Virus record (IMG/VR): IMGVR_UViG_3300020280_000004
Span: 1 to 56,601 of that record
Strand: one strand, 5' to 3'
Origin: a virus
Lineage: Duplodnaviria > Caudoviricetes
Length of the DNA: 56,601 nucleotides
The notes under the pieces: generated by a model
Told to the model about the DNA's origin: nothing
Databases searched by the model: none
The model's input: the letters and a program-made list of their open reading frames with translations, nothing else
Made by a program: the position numbers and the translations under genes
Shown: positions 8,837 through 19,700 of the stretch, piece by piece
How the letters are laid out: each line of letters begins with the position of its first letter
How positions within the stretch are numbered: the first letter of the stretch is position 1

Positions 8837-10293
8837 TGCAACATTTTTACGATGGACAAATTAGAAGATATATTACTCAGGTCATAAGACTGATGAGCAA
8901 TTTCTCCTATAAGGATGGAGATGGTGCATTGCGTACAATACCTGTTATGTATGGTGACATGACAAGACAAGTGTCGCATATAATAAGAGATAATTCAGAA
9001 AATAAATTGCCTAGTGTTCCTCGAATGGGAATATATGTGACTAATTTAGAAATGGATAGAACAAGACTGTCAGACGCAAGTTTTGTTAGTAAGGTTCATG
9101 TAAGAGAACGGGCATATGACGAAAATAAAAAAGAATACCTAAACATTCAGGGAAAAAATGTTACAGTTGAGAGGTTAATGCCTACTCCATATACATTGAC
9201 AGTGGCTTGTGACATATGGACAAGTAATACAGAACAAAAATTACAAATATTAGAACAGATATGTATGTTATTCAATCCAAGTTTAGAAATACAAACAACG
9301 GACAACTACATCGATTGGACAAGTTTAAGTGTTGTAGAACTTAACAATATTTCTTTTTCAAGTAGAACTATTCCTCTAGGAACAGAAACAGAAGTTGATG
9401 TAGCATCTTTAACTTTCAGTATGCCTATTTTTATTAGTCCACCAACTAAAGTAAAAAAATTAGGAGTTATTACACACATTATTACGAGTATATTCAATGA
9501 AAAGACAGGTAACATAGATTTAAGTCAATCTATGCCAGAGTTGATGGCGTACCAAGATGATTACGAAAAAAGTATCAAAGCATCTATTAGAACCAACGCA
9601 GATGGAAGTGTCGATACAAGTGTTGCATCTAGAAAAGACACTTCAAGTGTACAAGGAACGACAGGAACGCAGTTCGATATTTACGTGCTTGGACAAACAG
9701 TATCAATTATTGACAAAGGTGTTATTGGTGGACTTGCTTGGAATGGATACCTTGATGTTCTTCCAAATTTCAAAGCAGGTTTAAGTAAAGTGCAGTTGAA
9801 TAGAGAGGGGATCGATGTTCCAGTTGTAGGCACTGTGGCGTTGAATGAATCTAATCCTATGCAATTATTGGTTACATGGGACATGGACACCATACCTACA
9901 GACACAATTATAGTAGGACCTCAAGATACTAGAGGCAGTGTTGATCTAATTGTTGATCCCACAACATTTAATCCTAGTGCAATGAAACAAAACGGAAAAC
10001 GGTTGTTATTGCTAAAAGATATTGGAAGTTCACAAAACGTTGATGGTGCAGATGCATGGAAAGGTGACAGCAATATAGATTTAGTTGCCAGTGCCAACGA
10101 CATTGTTGAATGGAATGGTACTAATTGGGAAATAATTTTTGACGCAAGTGCAAATAAAGATCCAGGTGATAGCACATTTACACCTACATTTATTACCAAT
10201 TTAAAAACTGGTATCCAATATAAATGGAATGGTACGGAATGGATATTAAGTTTCGAAGGCGAATATCGTAAAGGAACCTGGAAGATATCCTAA
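8836..10293 (+). CDS. Tail terminator / sheath stabilizer (T4 gp15-like) with C-terminal extension
   Basis: MQHFYDGQIRRYITQ...IPVMYGD...PTPYTL...QKLQILEQICMLFNP matches the gp15 pattern. Confidence 0.75.
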   Translation: MQHFYDGQIRRYITQVIRLMSNFSYKDGDGALRTIPVMYGDMTRQVSHIIRDNSENKLPSVPRMGIYVTNLEMDRTRLSDASFVSKVHVRERAYDENKKEYLNIQGKNVTVERLMPTPYTLTVACDIWTSNTEQKLQILEQICMLFNPSLEIQTTDNYIDWTSLSVVELNNISFSSRTIPLGTETEVDVASLTFSMPIFISPPTKVKKLGVITHIITSIFNEKTGNIDLSQSMPELMAYQDDYEKSIKASIRTNADGSVDTSVASRKDTSSVQGTTGTQFDIYVLGQTVSIIDKGVIGGLAWNGYLDVLPNFKAGLSKVQLNREGIDVPVVGTVALNESNPMQLLVTWDMDTIPTDTIIVGPQDTRGSVDLIVDPTTFNPSAMKQNGKRLLLLKDIGSSQNVDGADAWKGDSNIDLVASANDIVEWNGTNWEIIFDASANKDPGDSTFTPTFITNLKTGIQYKWNGTEWILSFEGEYRKGTWKIS

Positions 10294-10309
10294 TCACATA
10301 ATTATTTAC

Positions 10310-10738
10310 ATGAGCAGTAAAATTATCGGGTGCGGTGCACTCTTCTATACTTTGGATACCCAAAGGTTTTTATTACTTCACAGAGTACAAAGTAAACAAA
10401 ATCACGTATGGGGTTTAGTTGGTGGTACAACTATTAACGAAAATTTGTGGGAAGGTTTAAACCGTGAAATAAAAGAAGAAATAGGTGAAGTAGAAATTAA
10501 AAAGAAAATACCTATGGAAACTTTTATAAGCAACGACGAAAATTTTTTATATCACACTTTCTTGTGTGTCGTTGAAAAAGAATTTATTCCAAAATTGAAC
10601 ACTGAACACGATGGATATGCGTGGGTGAGTTTTGGTAATTGGCCTAAGCCATTACACCAAGGTTTACGTAAGACTCTTCAAAACAAAATGAATCAAGTAA
10701 AATTGGACACAGTGTTCAAAATGTTAAAATTAATGTAA
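10310..10738 (+). CDS. NUDIX hydrolase
   Basis: Canonical Nudix box GGTTINENLWEGLNREIKEEIG (Gx5Ex7REUxEExG). Confidence 0.9.
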   Translation: MSSKIIGCGALFYTLDTQRFLLLHRVQSKQNHVWGLVGGTTINENLWEGLNREIKEEIGEVEIKKKIPMETFISNDENFLYHTFLCVVEKEFIPKLNTEHDGYAWVSFGNWPKPLHQGLRKTLQNKMNQVKLDTVFKMLKLM

Positions 10739-11991
10739 TGATTAAAATCATCGGTGACGTAATGCTAGATATGTGGACGCAGGGTGACTGCCAAAAAGTC
10801 AGTCCAGAAGCACCGGTGCTTGTAGTCAAGGAAACAAACAAAGACTTCAACGTTGGAGGCGCTGGAAACCTAGCGTTAAACCTATCAAACTTGGGCACAG
10901 ACACGTGGCTTTACGGGTCCGTGGGCAACGACATCCCCGGACACAAAATCCAAGAAATTTTACTGCAAAATGGAGTAAAGTCGCATCTGTGCCAAGATGG
11001 TGAAATGACTACTACCAAAACAAGAATCATTGGACAGAACGGACAACACCTCATACGTGTAGATAAAGAAGAGCATTATGCACTAGATACTCCATTAGAA
11101 TTACTGCTAAAAGACTTACAAGAAAATGACACTGTCATAGTAAGTGATTACAACAAAGGTGTCATTAAAAAAGATACTGTTATGCGTATTTTAGAAAAAT
11201 GTAAAAATGTTTATGTTGATCCTAAACAAGGATATAGTAGATATTTTGGTGCTTATTTGGTAAAGCCTAATATGAAAGAATATGAAGCATGGTTTGGAAA
11301 ATTCAACATAGAAGACGCAAAATATAGATGTGCTTCAAATGAATGGACATGGTTAATTGTAACTGATGGTGCAAATGGAATACACATTGTATCCAAAGAA
11401 TCATATAATCATATTAGAAGTAATACTGTAGAAGTTGCAGATGTTAGTGGAGCAGGAGATTCAACTCTTGCAATAATATCGCATTATGCAAACGATAAAA
11501 CAATGAATGAGTGTTGTGAATTAGCAGTAAAAGGTGCAGAGAAAATTGTGCAAAGAAGAGGAGTTTCGATAGTTAAAAAATCGGACATCGAAGATACAGT
11601 AGTTTGGACAAATGGAGTTTTTGATATATTGCATAAAGGACATTTTGAACTTTTAAAGTTTGCTAAACAACAAGGAGATAAATTAATTGTTGGAATAAAT
11701 TCTGATTCTAGTGTAAAAAGATTAAAAGGAGAAGGAAGACCATACAATGATAGTAAAACTAGATTAGAACAGTTGTTACAATTACCTTGGGTAGACGAAG
11801 TAGTTGTGTTTGATGAAGACACGCCAATAGAAGCATTAAGGAAGTATAAACCAAACATAATTGTTAAAGGTGGCGATTATACATTTGAAACAGTGGTTGG
11901 AAATGAATTAGCAGAAGTAAAAATTTTTCCAACAGTAGAAGGATTTTCAACAACAAACATAGTGGATAAGGTTAATGGAAACAAGAATTGA
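10738..11991 (+). CDS. hldE: Bifunctional heptose-7-phosphate kinase / heptose-1-phosphate adenylyltransferase
   Basis: PfkB domain (IGDVMLD, SPEAPV, GGAGNLALNL, SDYNKG, DVSGAGD) fused to a cytidylyltransferase-like domain (NGVFDILHKGH, NSDSSVKRLKG, KGGDY, STTNI). Confidence 0.9.
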   Translation: MIKIIGDVMLDMWTQGDCQKVSPEAPVLVVKETNKDFNVGGAGNLALNLSNLGTDTWLYGSVGNDIPGHKIQEILLQNGVKSHLCQDGEMTTTKTRIIGQNGQHLIRVDKEEHYALDTPLELLLKDLQENDTVIVSDYNKGVIKKDTVMRILEKCKNVYVDPKQGYSRYFGAYLVKPNMKEYEAWFGKFNIEDAKYRCASNEWTWLIVTDGANGIHIVSKESYNHIRSNTVEVADVSGAGDSTLAIISHYANDKTMNECCELAVKGAEKIVQRRGVSIVKKSDIEDTVVWTNGVFDILHKGHFELLKFAKQQGDKLIVGINSDSSVKRLKGEGRPYNDSKTRLEQLLQLPWVDEVVVFDEDTPIEALRKYKPNIIVKGGDYTFETVVGNELAEVKIFPTVEGFSTTNIVDKVNGNKN

Positions 11992-12580
11992 AAACGGTAA
12001 ATTAATTTGTACAAACGTAATTACTAAAGAAGAATTACAAAGGATACAAGATAAAATGTTAAGTGATCATTTTCCTTGGTATTACACGGAACACGTTGTA
12101 GAAGATTCACAAAAAATGACCGAAGAAAAAGATCAATTACAATTTGTTCATAATTTTCACGGAGTTTCAGATGTTACCACAGAATGGAGTAATTGGGAAT
12201 TGTTATATCCTATATTCAACGTTTTAAAAGCAAATACATTTGTTAGAGTAAAAGCGAATAATATTCCAAGGACTGAAAAAATTATTAAACATGGATTTCA
12301 TGCAGATACAAGAGTGGTATTAAGTTATACAGCGATATATTATGTAAACTCAACTAATGGTTATACTGAATTTAAAGACGGGACTAAAGTTCCTAGTGTT
12401 GAAAATTCTATGGTAGTGTTTCCAAGTTATATGGAACACACAGGAACAACTTGTACAGATAAAAGAAGTAGAATTAATATCAACATGAATTATATGCCAA
12501 ACCATCATGACGAACTTACAAAAGGCATAAGACCTGAAGGCGCAGATAAAATTATTAAATTATGGGAGAATGTTTGGTAA
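11975..12580 (+). CDS. 2OG-Fe(II) oxygenase
   Basis: HxD motif (FHAD), TAIYYVNSTNGYTEF, FPSYMEHTG, RININMN. Confidence 0.75.
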   Translation: METRIENGKLICTNVITKEELQRIQDKMLSDHFPWYYTEHVVEDSQKMTEEKDQLQFVHNFHGVSDVTTEWSNWELLYPIFNVLKANTFVRVKANNIPRTEKIIKHGFHADTRVVLSYTAIYYVNSTNGYTEFKDGTKVPSVENSMVVFPSYMEHTGTTCTDKRSRININMNYMPNHHDELTKGIRPEGADKIIKLWENVW

Positions 12581-13398
12581 TGAAAATTTGTTTAACAGGA
12601 TACAAAGGGTTTATAGGCAGTCATTTAGGAATGCAACTGGCTAAAGAAGGTCACGAAGTCATAGGATTTAGATGGGAAAATCCTAATCATTTTCCAGACC
12701 CGTCCTTGTATGATTGGGTAATACATCTTGGTGCAATTACAAGCACAACTGAAAGAAATGTAGATAAAATTTTAAAAACAAATTTAGAATACAGCATGAA
12801 ACTTTTAGAAATGTGTGACACAATGGGGACTAACTTTCAGTATGCCAGTTCGGCAAGTGTGTACGGCAACACAGGTAACTTCAAAGAAGATGGCGATGTG
12901 TATCCTCTCAATGCATATGCTTGGAGCAAATATCTATTTGATAGATTTGTAAATTCAATAATGGGAGAATTTAAAGTGCTTGTACAAGGTTATAGATATT
13001 TTAATGTGTACGGTAGCAATGAAGAAAGCAAAGGCGATCAAGCATCACCAGTAACTAAATTTGCAAACCAGGCAAAGACTGGCAAGATAAAATTGTTCGA
13101 AAACAGTGATCAATATTTGCGTGATTTTGTGTGTGTAGATGATGTGTGTGCTGTGCATAGTAAGATGATGGATACAGATGTGTCAGGTATTTTTAATGTT
13201 GGCACAGGTGCACCAATATCTTTTCAGAAAGTTGCCGAATTAGTAGCCAAAAAATACAATGCTGAGATAGAAACCATACCTATGCCTGCAAAATTACAAG
13301 GTCAATATCAAACCTACACTAGTGCAGATTTGACAGAATTAAATAAAAACATAGAACACAAATTTAAAACAGTGGAGGAATTTTTAAATGCCAATTAA
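12580..13398 (+). CDS. hldD: ADP-L-glycero-D-manno-heptose 6-epimerase
   Basis: Extended SDR: TGYKGFIG, HLGAITSTTE, YASSASVYG, PLNAYAWSKYLFD, RYFNVYG, YQTYTSADLT; lies in the same operon as hldE; start at coupled ATG 12580. Confidence 0.85.
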   Translation: MKICLTGYKGFIGSHLGMQLAKEGHEVIGFRWENPNHFPDPSLYDWVIHLGAITSTTERNVDKILKTNLEYSMKLLEMCDTMGTNFQYASSASVYGNTGNFKEDGDVYPLNAYAWSKYLFDRFVNSIMGEFKVLVQGYRYFNVYGSNEESKGDQASPVTKFANQAKTGKIKLFENSDQYLRDFVCVDDVCAVHSKMMDTDVSGIFNVGTGAPISFQKVAELVAKKYNAEIETIPMPAKLQGQYQTYTSADLTELNKNIEHKFKTVEEFLNAN

Positions 13399-13777
13399 TA
13401 AAGAAGGAAAAATAGACAAAGGTTGGGGATACGAATTAATTTTTGCTTCCAATGATTTATATTGTGGAAAAATAATGGTTTTCAATAGAAAAGGTGCAAA
13501 ATTTTCTATGCACTATCACGCTATAAAAGATGAATCTTGGTTTATAAACAATGGCAAATTTTTATTAAGTTGGATTGATACTAAAGATGCAACCTTATAC
13601 ACTAAAGAATTAAATGAAGGCGACACATGGCGTAATCCGCCTTTCCTACCTCATCAAGTACAATGTCTTACTGACAATGGAAGTATTACTGAAGTTAGTA
13701 CTGCTGATGATCCCAATGACAACTATCGCATAATTAAAGGCGATAATCAAAAAACTACCGTTACTGAAGAAAAATAA
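13388..13777 (+). CDS. Cupin, sugar-phosphate isomerase-like
   Basis: KGWGYELI...YCGK...SMHYHAIKDESW...PHQV...EVSTAD..DNYRI..GD. Confidence 0.75.
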   Translation: MPINKEGKIDKGWGYELIFASNDLYCGKIMVFNRKGAKFSMHYHAIKDESWFINNGKFLLSWIDTKDATLYTKELNEGDTWRNPPFLPHQVQCLTDNGSITEVSTADDPNDNYRIIKGDNQKTTVTEEK

Positions 13778-16700
13778 TTAAGCCTGTGCTTCTGACCAAC
13801 GCAGTGTTACTGTTCCTGCCACAGCACCCGTACCTGCTGTTCTAAATACGTTGATTGCTAACACGTCTGGACCATTAGGGAACGTACCACGTCCACCTAG
13901 TGTAGTGTTAGTTAAGGCTTTGATCGCTCCGAGATTCAATGTTGCTCTTTCACCTGGCACCGCAATAAATGAAAATATAGTTTCACCCGGTTGTGCATAT
14001 GGTGGTTGACCAAATACAAACGTTACTGAACTTCCTGCTGTAATCGTACCCGTCGATGTCTGTGTGAATGTAACTCTGTAGAAGTTAGATGCACCAAATG
14101 TATCTAATGGATCAACTGAAGCCACAGTTGTACCTGGTGGGAAACTAGCGTAACCTGTGTCAACTTCTGTACCGCTAACTGCGTTAGAAGCCTCCCATGT
14201 TGTTTGATCCATGTATAAGAAGTTTGTACCAGTTAAATCACCACCTAGTGCAAAGTCAACTGCTTGACCTGAACTTATACCTGTGTGTCTATTACTGAAT
14301 CTTACAAAGTAGTATGAATTGTAATCTATAATCTGTGTAACAACTGTACCTGATGGGAACTGACCTGATGTTACAGACATACCTACTCTTAAACCTTTGC
14401 CTTCCCATTGTGCTTCAAGGAAGTAAGCATAGTTTCTGTTACCGCCTAAGTTGAACCAGTGGTTTGCTGTCGCAGTCATCTGTGCAATAGTGTCTGCCGT
14501 TTGAGTAGTTTGTGATGCACCACCGTTCCAGTTAACCGAACCACCTGCCGCAATCTGAGCGAAACTTGGCTGTCCACCTTGTGCTGGACCTTTCAAGTCT
14601 CCCCAACCTATATCTGCTGGATCAATTGGATAGTTTTGTGGATTCAATACACCCTGTACAACCAACTGTCCGTTTACGCCCGCCGCCGGAACGTCTGTTG
14701 TAATCTCAACACCGTCTAGTAGCAACTGGGCTCTGTTAAGTAGATCTCTATCTCCTAGGTCACCTGTCAATGCATTAGATACTGACGGTGCTAGTCTTAA
14801 TAGGAATACAGTTTGTTTCGTAGTTGTCAGACTTAATCCAGTAGATGCGTAACTGAATAGATATCCTCTATCTTCGTCGAAGTTACCATCTGTTAGATAT
14901 GCTGATCCCCAGTGCGATATAATCGGTGATGCTGTATTAGATATTAGAACAACACCTGTGTTTCTAAAGTGTGTGTCCGCCGATCCTGCTGTGTAGTTTC
15001 TTGTAGAACCTGCCGCAAAGTTTGTTAGTGTCGCGGCTCTTGTGGCACCTGTTAATGTGTCACCAGTTTTACCTGTATATGTAATAATTTCGTTGTCAAT
15101 TAATATTGTACCACCATTATCAGGGAAGAAAGAAGCGTCAACTAATGGCACACTTGTTTGAATAGAAGTCATATCTAATTCTAATCTGCCATTTGGACCT
15201 TCGTTAGTTACTTCGTAACGTACTGGTTGGTTACCTGTTCTCATAAATGCTTCTGTGTTAATGTTTGAGTTTCTCATTCTGTGAGCAAACACGAAGTCAC
15301 CCTTGTTACCTCTTGCCATCCAGTCAATAAATCCAGCCCCGTACCATGAAAACTGTATCCCGATCATCTGCATCTTAGATACGTCCCAGTTGTAACCGCT
15401 CTTGCCGCCACCGTCTAATTTATCTCTGTTAAATTCTGATTGTTTTGCTTTCTTATCTACAACAGCACAAACTTTTACACCTTGCGAAACGTTTACACCT
15501 CTGTAATCTGGAGTAACAAACATAGATGTATTAGAAGCAACAGAAGATACAACGTGTGTCATACCTCTGATTACAACTCTGTCACCTGCTTTAACTTGTT
15601 CTCTAAATCTTGTACCAGTTCCTGCCACTGTGTTACTGTTTGGCGAAACTGTTACAACACCTGCAAGTTGTCTTGTTGCTGTTCTTTGTACTGCGTTTGT
15701 TTGTTGTCCATCATATTCCCAATAGATACCGTTTTGATCATCAAAAATTCCTGATCTTACCGTTGCACCATTCCATTGATATAATGACACCTGTGGTTGA
15801 TCTGTAAATTCTGCCACTGTTCCACCAAGTGCAATAGTTGCCAATACTGTGAATGTTCTTTCATTTACAATACTTGCAATAGTGTATGTACCATCATAAC
15901 CTGATGTTGCAATACCTATCAATCTTACTCTAGCACCAACCTGTAAGTTGTGGTCAACATCATCAGTTGTTACTGTGATTGTAGAACCTTGTGTTAATCC
16001 GTTTGCTGAAACTGTTAATAAGTCATAAGATGGAGCAAACAAGGCACCCGTTGTATACATACAACCTTTACCTGATTGGTATCTAATGTATTTTTTAGAT
16101 TGACGTATTGCCTGTGCACCATGTGAAGGACCACCTGTTCCTAATTGTACACCACCATCAAATGGTCTATGCACGAAGAATGAATCTGGTCTTGCATAAA
16201 CGAAACCTTGCCATCCTGAATCTGTAATTGCTCCAGGAGATCTTACTTGATATTGTAGTCTTGTTGCTGACGGAATTGCCGTTGCTAAGAATGGACCTGA
16301 TGCAAGTATGTGATTATTCGCTCCGTCATCTGATTGTATTACTACGATAAATGCGTTTCCTGGAACTAATCCATGTGGAGTAGTAAAGTCTACTTGCATA
16401 GTTGCTAACGCACTGTAAGATATTGTTGCGTTCTGTGGAATATTTTGTGAAATTGTTTCTGAAATTGAAAGGGAACCATAAACACTCAAACCTGTACCAC
16501 CTACTGCTGTACCTGAATGTGTTTGTGCTAGTACTCCACCTGTTGTATTGACACTTTGAATTCTTACTGTTACATCATTTGCAGGAGTTTGTCCACCCAA
16601 ACTTGATCCTGCTATTACAAGTTTGTCACCTACTTGATAATTTGAACCTAAACTTGTTATTTGTACATCTGTGTAATCAGTTGATGAGTCAGTTTGATTT

Positions 16701-19700
16701 GATCTTGTGATACTAAACTGGGCGCCAACACCTTGTGGTGTTCTATTTGTTCCGCTAACTCCCAATGAATTACCAGTACCTGTATTTGCTGTTCCTGTGA
16801 CACTGCCTATTGTTGTTACCACACCACCTGTTAAATTGTTTACTGCTGTAATTGTAAATTCTAAATCATTTGCAGGTGAAGTTCCAAATAAATCTGTTCC
16901 TAATATTTTGAATACTTGGTTTACACCATAGTTTGCACCTGGATTGTTTAAAGCGACATTGTAAGATCCGCCTCCTAAAGTAACGTCGACACTTAAACCT
17001 GTACCTGTTCTTCCTGCTTTGTTTACATTTGTGTATACTGCCGTGTTTACTGCTGTACCAGTTACTGTGAATGTTGCAACTGCGCCTGCTGATACTGTGT
17101 CAACAGTGATTTGACAATCATTTGCTGGTGATGTACCGCCTAATGCCGTACCCGCTATGTCAATTGTTTCTGACGCAATAAATCCAGAACCGTTGTCACT
17201 GAATGTTGCTGAATAAGTCGTGCCTGTTCTGTTTATATCAAACACTACACCGGCTCCCGAAGCAGATGTTGTGTATGCTGGACTTGTATAGTCAACATTT
17301 GCATCTGTTCCTGTACCACCAATAGTTAATGACGTAATACCACCTGTTCCATTTACACCACCAACACTTACAATAGCGTCGTTTGTTGTAGCCGCACCGC
17401 CTAAGTCACCACCACCTACTAGGAATTGATCACCTACTTTGTAACCTGATGTACCTTCAAGTGCCGCTGTACCTGAACTTGTAATTGTGTTGATTGGACC
17501 TGCACCAGTAGAACCTGTAATTGATGCAACTGTGACTGTTACGTCGTTTGCAGGAGAAGTTCCACCTAATGTTGTTCCTGCAATTAATAATTCTTGTCCT
17601 ACACTGTAATCGTTACCTGCATTGTTTACTGCAACTGAATATGAAGTCCCAGAAATTGAAATATCAAATGTACCATCAACACCTGATAAATTTGCTCCAC
17701 TTGATATTGCTGTGTAATCTTTTGTGTCAACTGCTGTACCTGTAACGTTAAATGTTAAAATACCACCGTTGCCATCAACAGATGTAACTGTTAATTGTGC
17801 GTCATTGGCAGTTGTTGCACCACCTAAATTTGTTCCAAGGAAAGTTAATACATCATTTTGTTGATAATTTGAACCAATGTTTGTAATTGCTCCTGAATAA
17901 CTTGTTCCAGTTCTTGTAATATTGAATGCCGCAGATGTACCGTTACCACCTGTAAATGCAACAGTATTGTAAACAACCGTTTGTGCTGGTGCTGAACCTA
18001 ATACTGATATACCTGTAATATCTCCACTGCCACCTACACTTGTAACTCTAATGTTTGCGTGGTTGGCACTTGTTCCTCCAAACACAGAACCATCAATTCT
18101 TATTACATCATTTTGGATATAACCTGTACCTGCTCCATTTATAGTTGCAGAATAAGATCCTGCTGATGCAGTGATATCAAATGATGCACCGTTTCCTACC
18201 GCACCTGGGAAAGTTCCAACTGCTGTATTTGTGTAACTTGGTGAATTCAATGCAACTGAGTAAGATTGATTAGTTTTTGTAACATTAATTTGTGCACCTT
18301 GACCAACACCACCTTGCCATGTTGGTGATGTACCAGTTGTGCTACCTGTTCCTGTAAAAGCGGAACCTGAAATTGTTGCTGTTAAAATTTCACCGCCTGT
18401 GTCTACACTTTGTACTAATACTGTTGCGTCATTGGCTGGTGTAGAACCACCTAAACTTGTTCCTGGAACTACTATTGCGTCACCTACTACATAGTTTTCA
18501 CCTGAAGCCGCTATAACAACAGAGTAGTTACCACCAACTCTTGATATATCAAATGTTGCTAATTGACCTGCTGGTGTATAGTTAACTCCTGCGAGACCTG
18601 TGTAGTTTGTTATGTCACCAATTAAATTTTGTGTAAGTGGTCCAGATAAAGTTAAATTATTTCCTGCTATATTTGTTATCGCAACGGCAAAACCATCACC
18701 TCTATCAATTACAGAGTTTTGCACGATACCAGCGGAATCTGCCACTGTAATTTCTGTTACTCCTGATAAAAAGTCTCCAGTTACATTAGGAGATGCTAGT
18801 GAACCACCTGCGCCGTTTGTACCAGTAATCTGTGTACCTGTTGGTATACCTGTTCCAGACAGCGGAGCACCAATTGGTGGTGTTGTACCTGTGTAAGGTA
18901 AAATACTTGCACCACTTAAAGCATTTAAAGCCGTTTGGAAAGATCCTGAAGAACCATTACTTGACACACTGAACGATGGAAATCCTATCGCCGCTCCTGT
19001 GTAAAAATTACCTTCTCTTAATTGTGTGTTTGTTGTAGAAATAGTTGTTGGATTAGCAGAAGCAACTTTTGCCTTTGCGTAATATGTAAATTGTGTAGAA
19101 CTTATGATAGTGTTTACAACAAATGAACCAGCGGCTCTACTTGCACCAGTAACCGCATTGTTAAATCCTGTAATTGTAAAAGGTTGTCCTGCTTCAAAAT
19201 TGTGTGGTCCTACAGTTGTCACTGTAATTAAAGAAGAACCTATACCTTGTGTGCCTGCCGAAGCATCAGAAGTTACACTTGCTATATCAAAGTCTGTGCC
19301 TGGTACTTCATAAATTGATGGATAACCTCTTTGTGTTGCGATGGCTTGCCACTTCGTAGGCTGAAGTCCGTATTCAAAGTCAGCATCAAGCATTGATTCT
19401 GGTTGTGCAACTCTAAGTCTTTCAATTGCATCAGTTCCAAAGTCATGTGGACGTGTTCTTACTTCATCATCTTCTACAAATATTTGTAATTCATCTGTTG
19501 CATTATCTCCAGATGTATCTGCATTTAAAAATATTGTTGTAATTACATCATTTCCATGATACGCTTTTGGAAAATCTGGATCAACAAATGCTGTTGTGTT
19601 AGAAGTATCTGTTTCATACTCTCTTTTATAACTTGTAGTTGCTCCTTGCGTAGCATCATTGAAAGTGTATAATACTGTGTTGTCTGTTGTGTTTGTAATT

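Noticed and set aside
899-10293. Interpretation as an extracellular contractile injection system or tailocin
   Set aside because: Neck proteins, a dNMP kinase, T4-late-like promoters and auxiliary metabolic genes indicate a true phage.
4842-12580. Longer N-termini given by the ORF track (4842, 7242, 12562; also 54814 and 55256)
   Set aside because: Promoter and SD positions and gene coupling favour downstream ATGs at 4908, 7305, 12580, 54811 and 55241.
10738-13777. Interpretation as a bacterial LPS locus or host contamination
   Set aside because: The genes are translationally coupled in one run that follows the phage tail-terminator gene, and they abut a virion gene with no compositional break.
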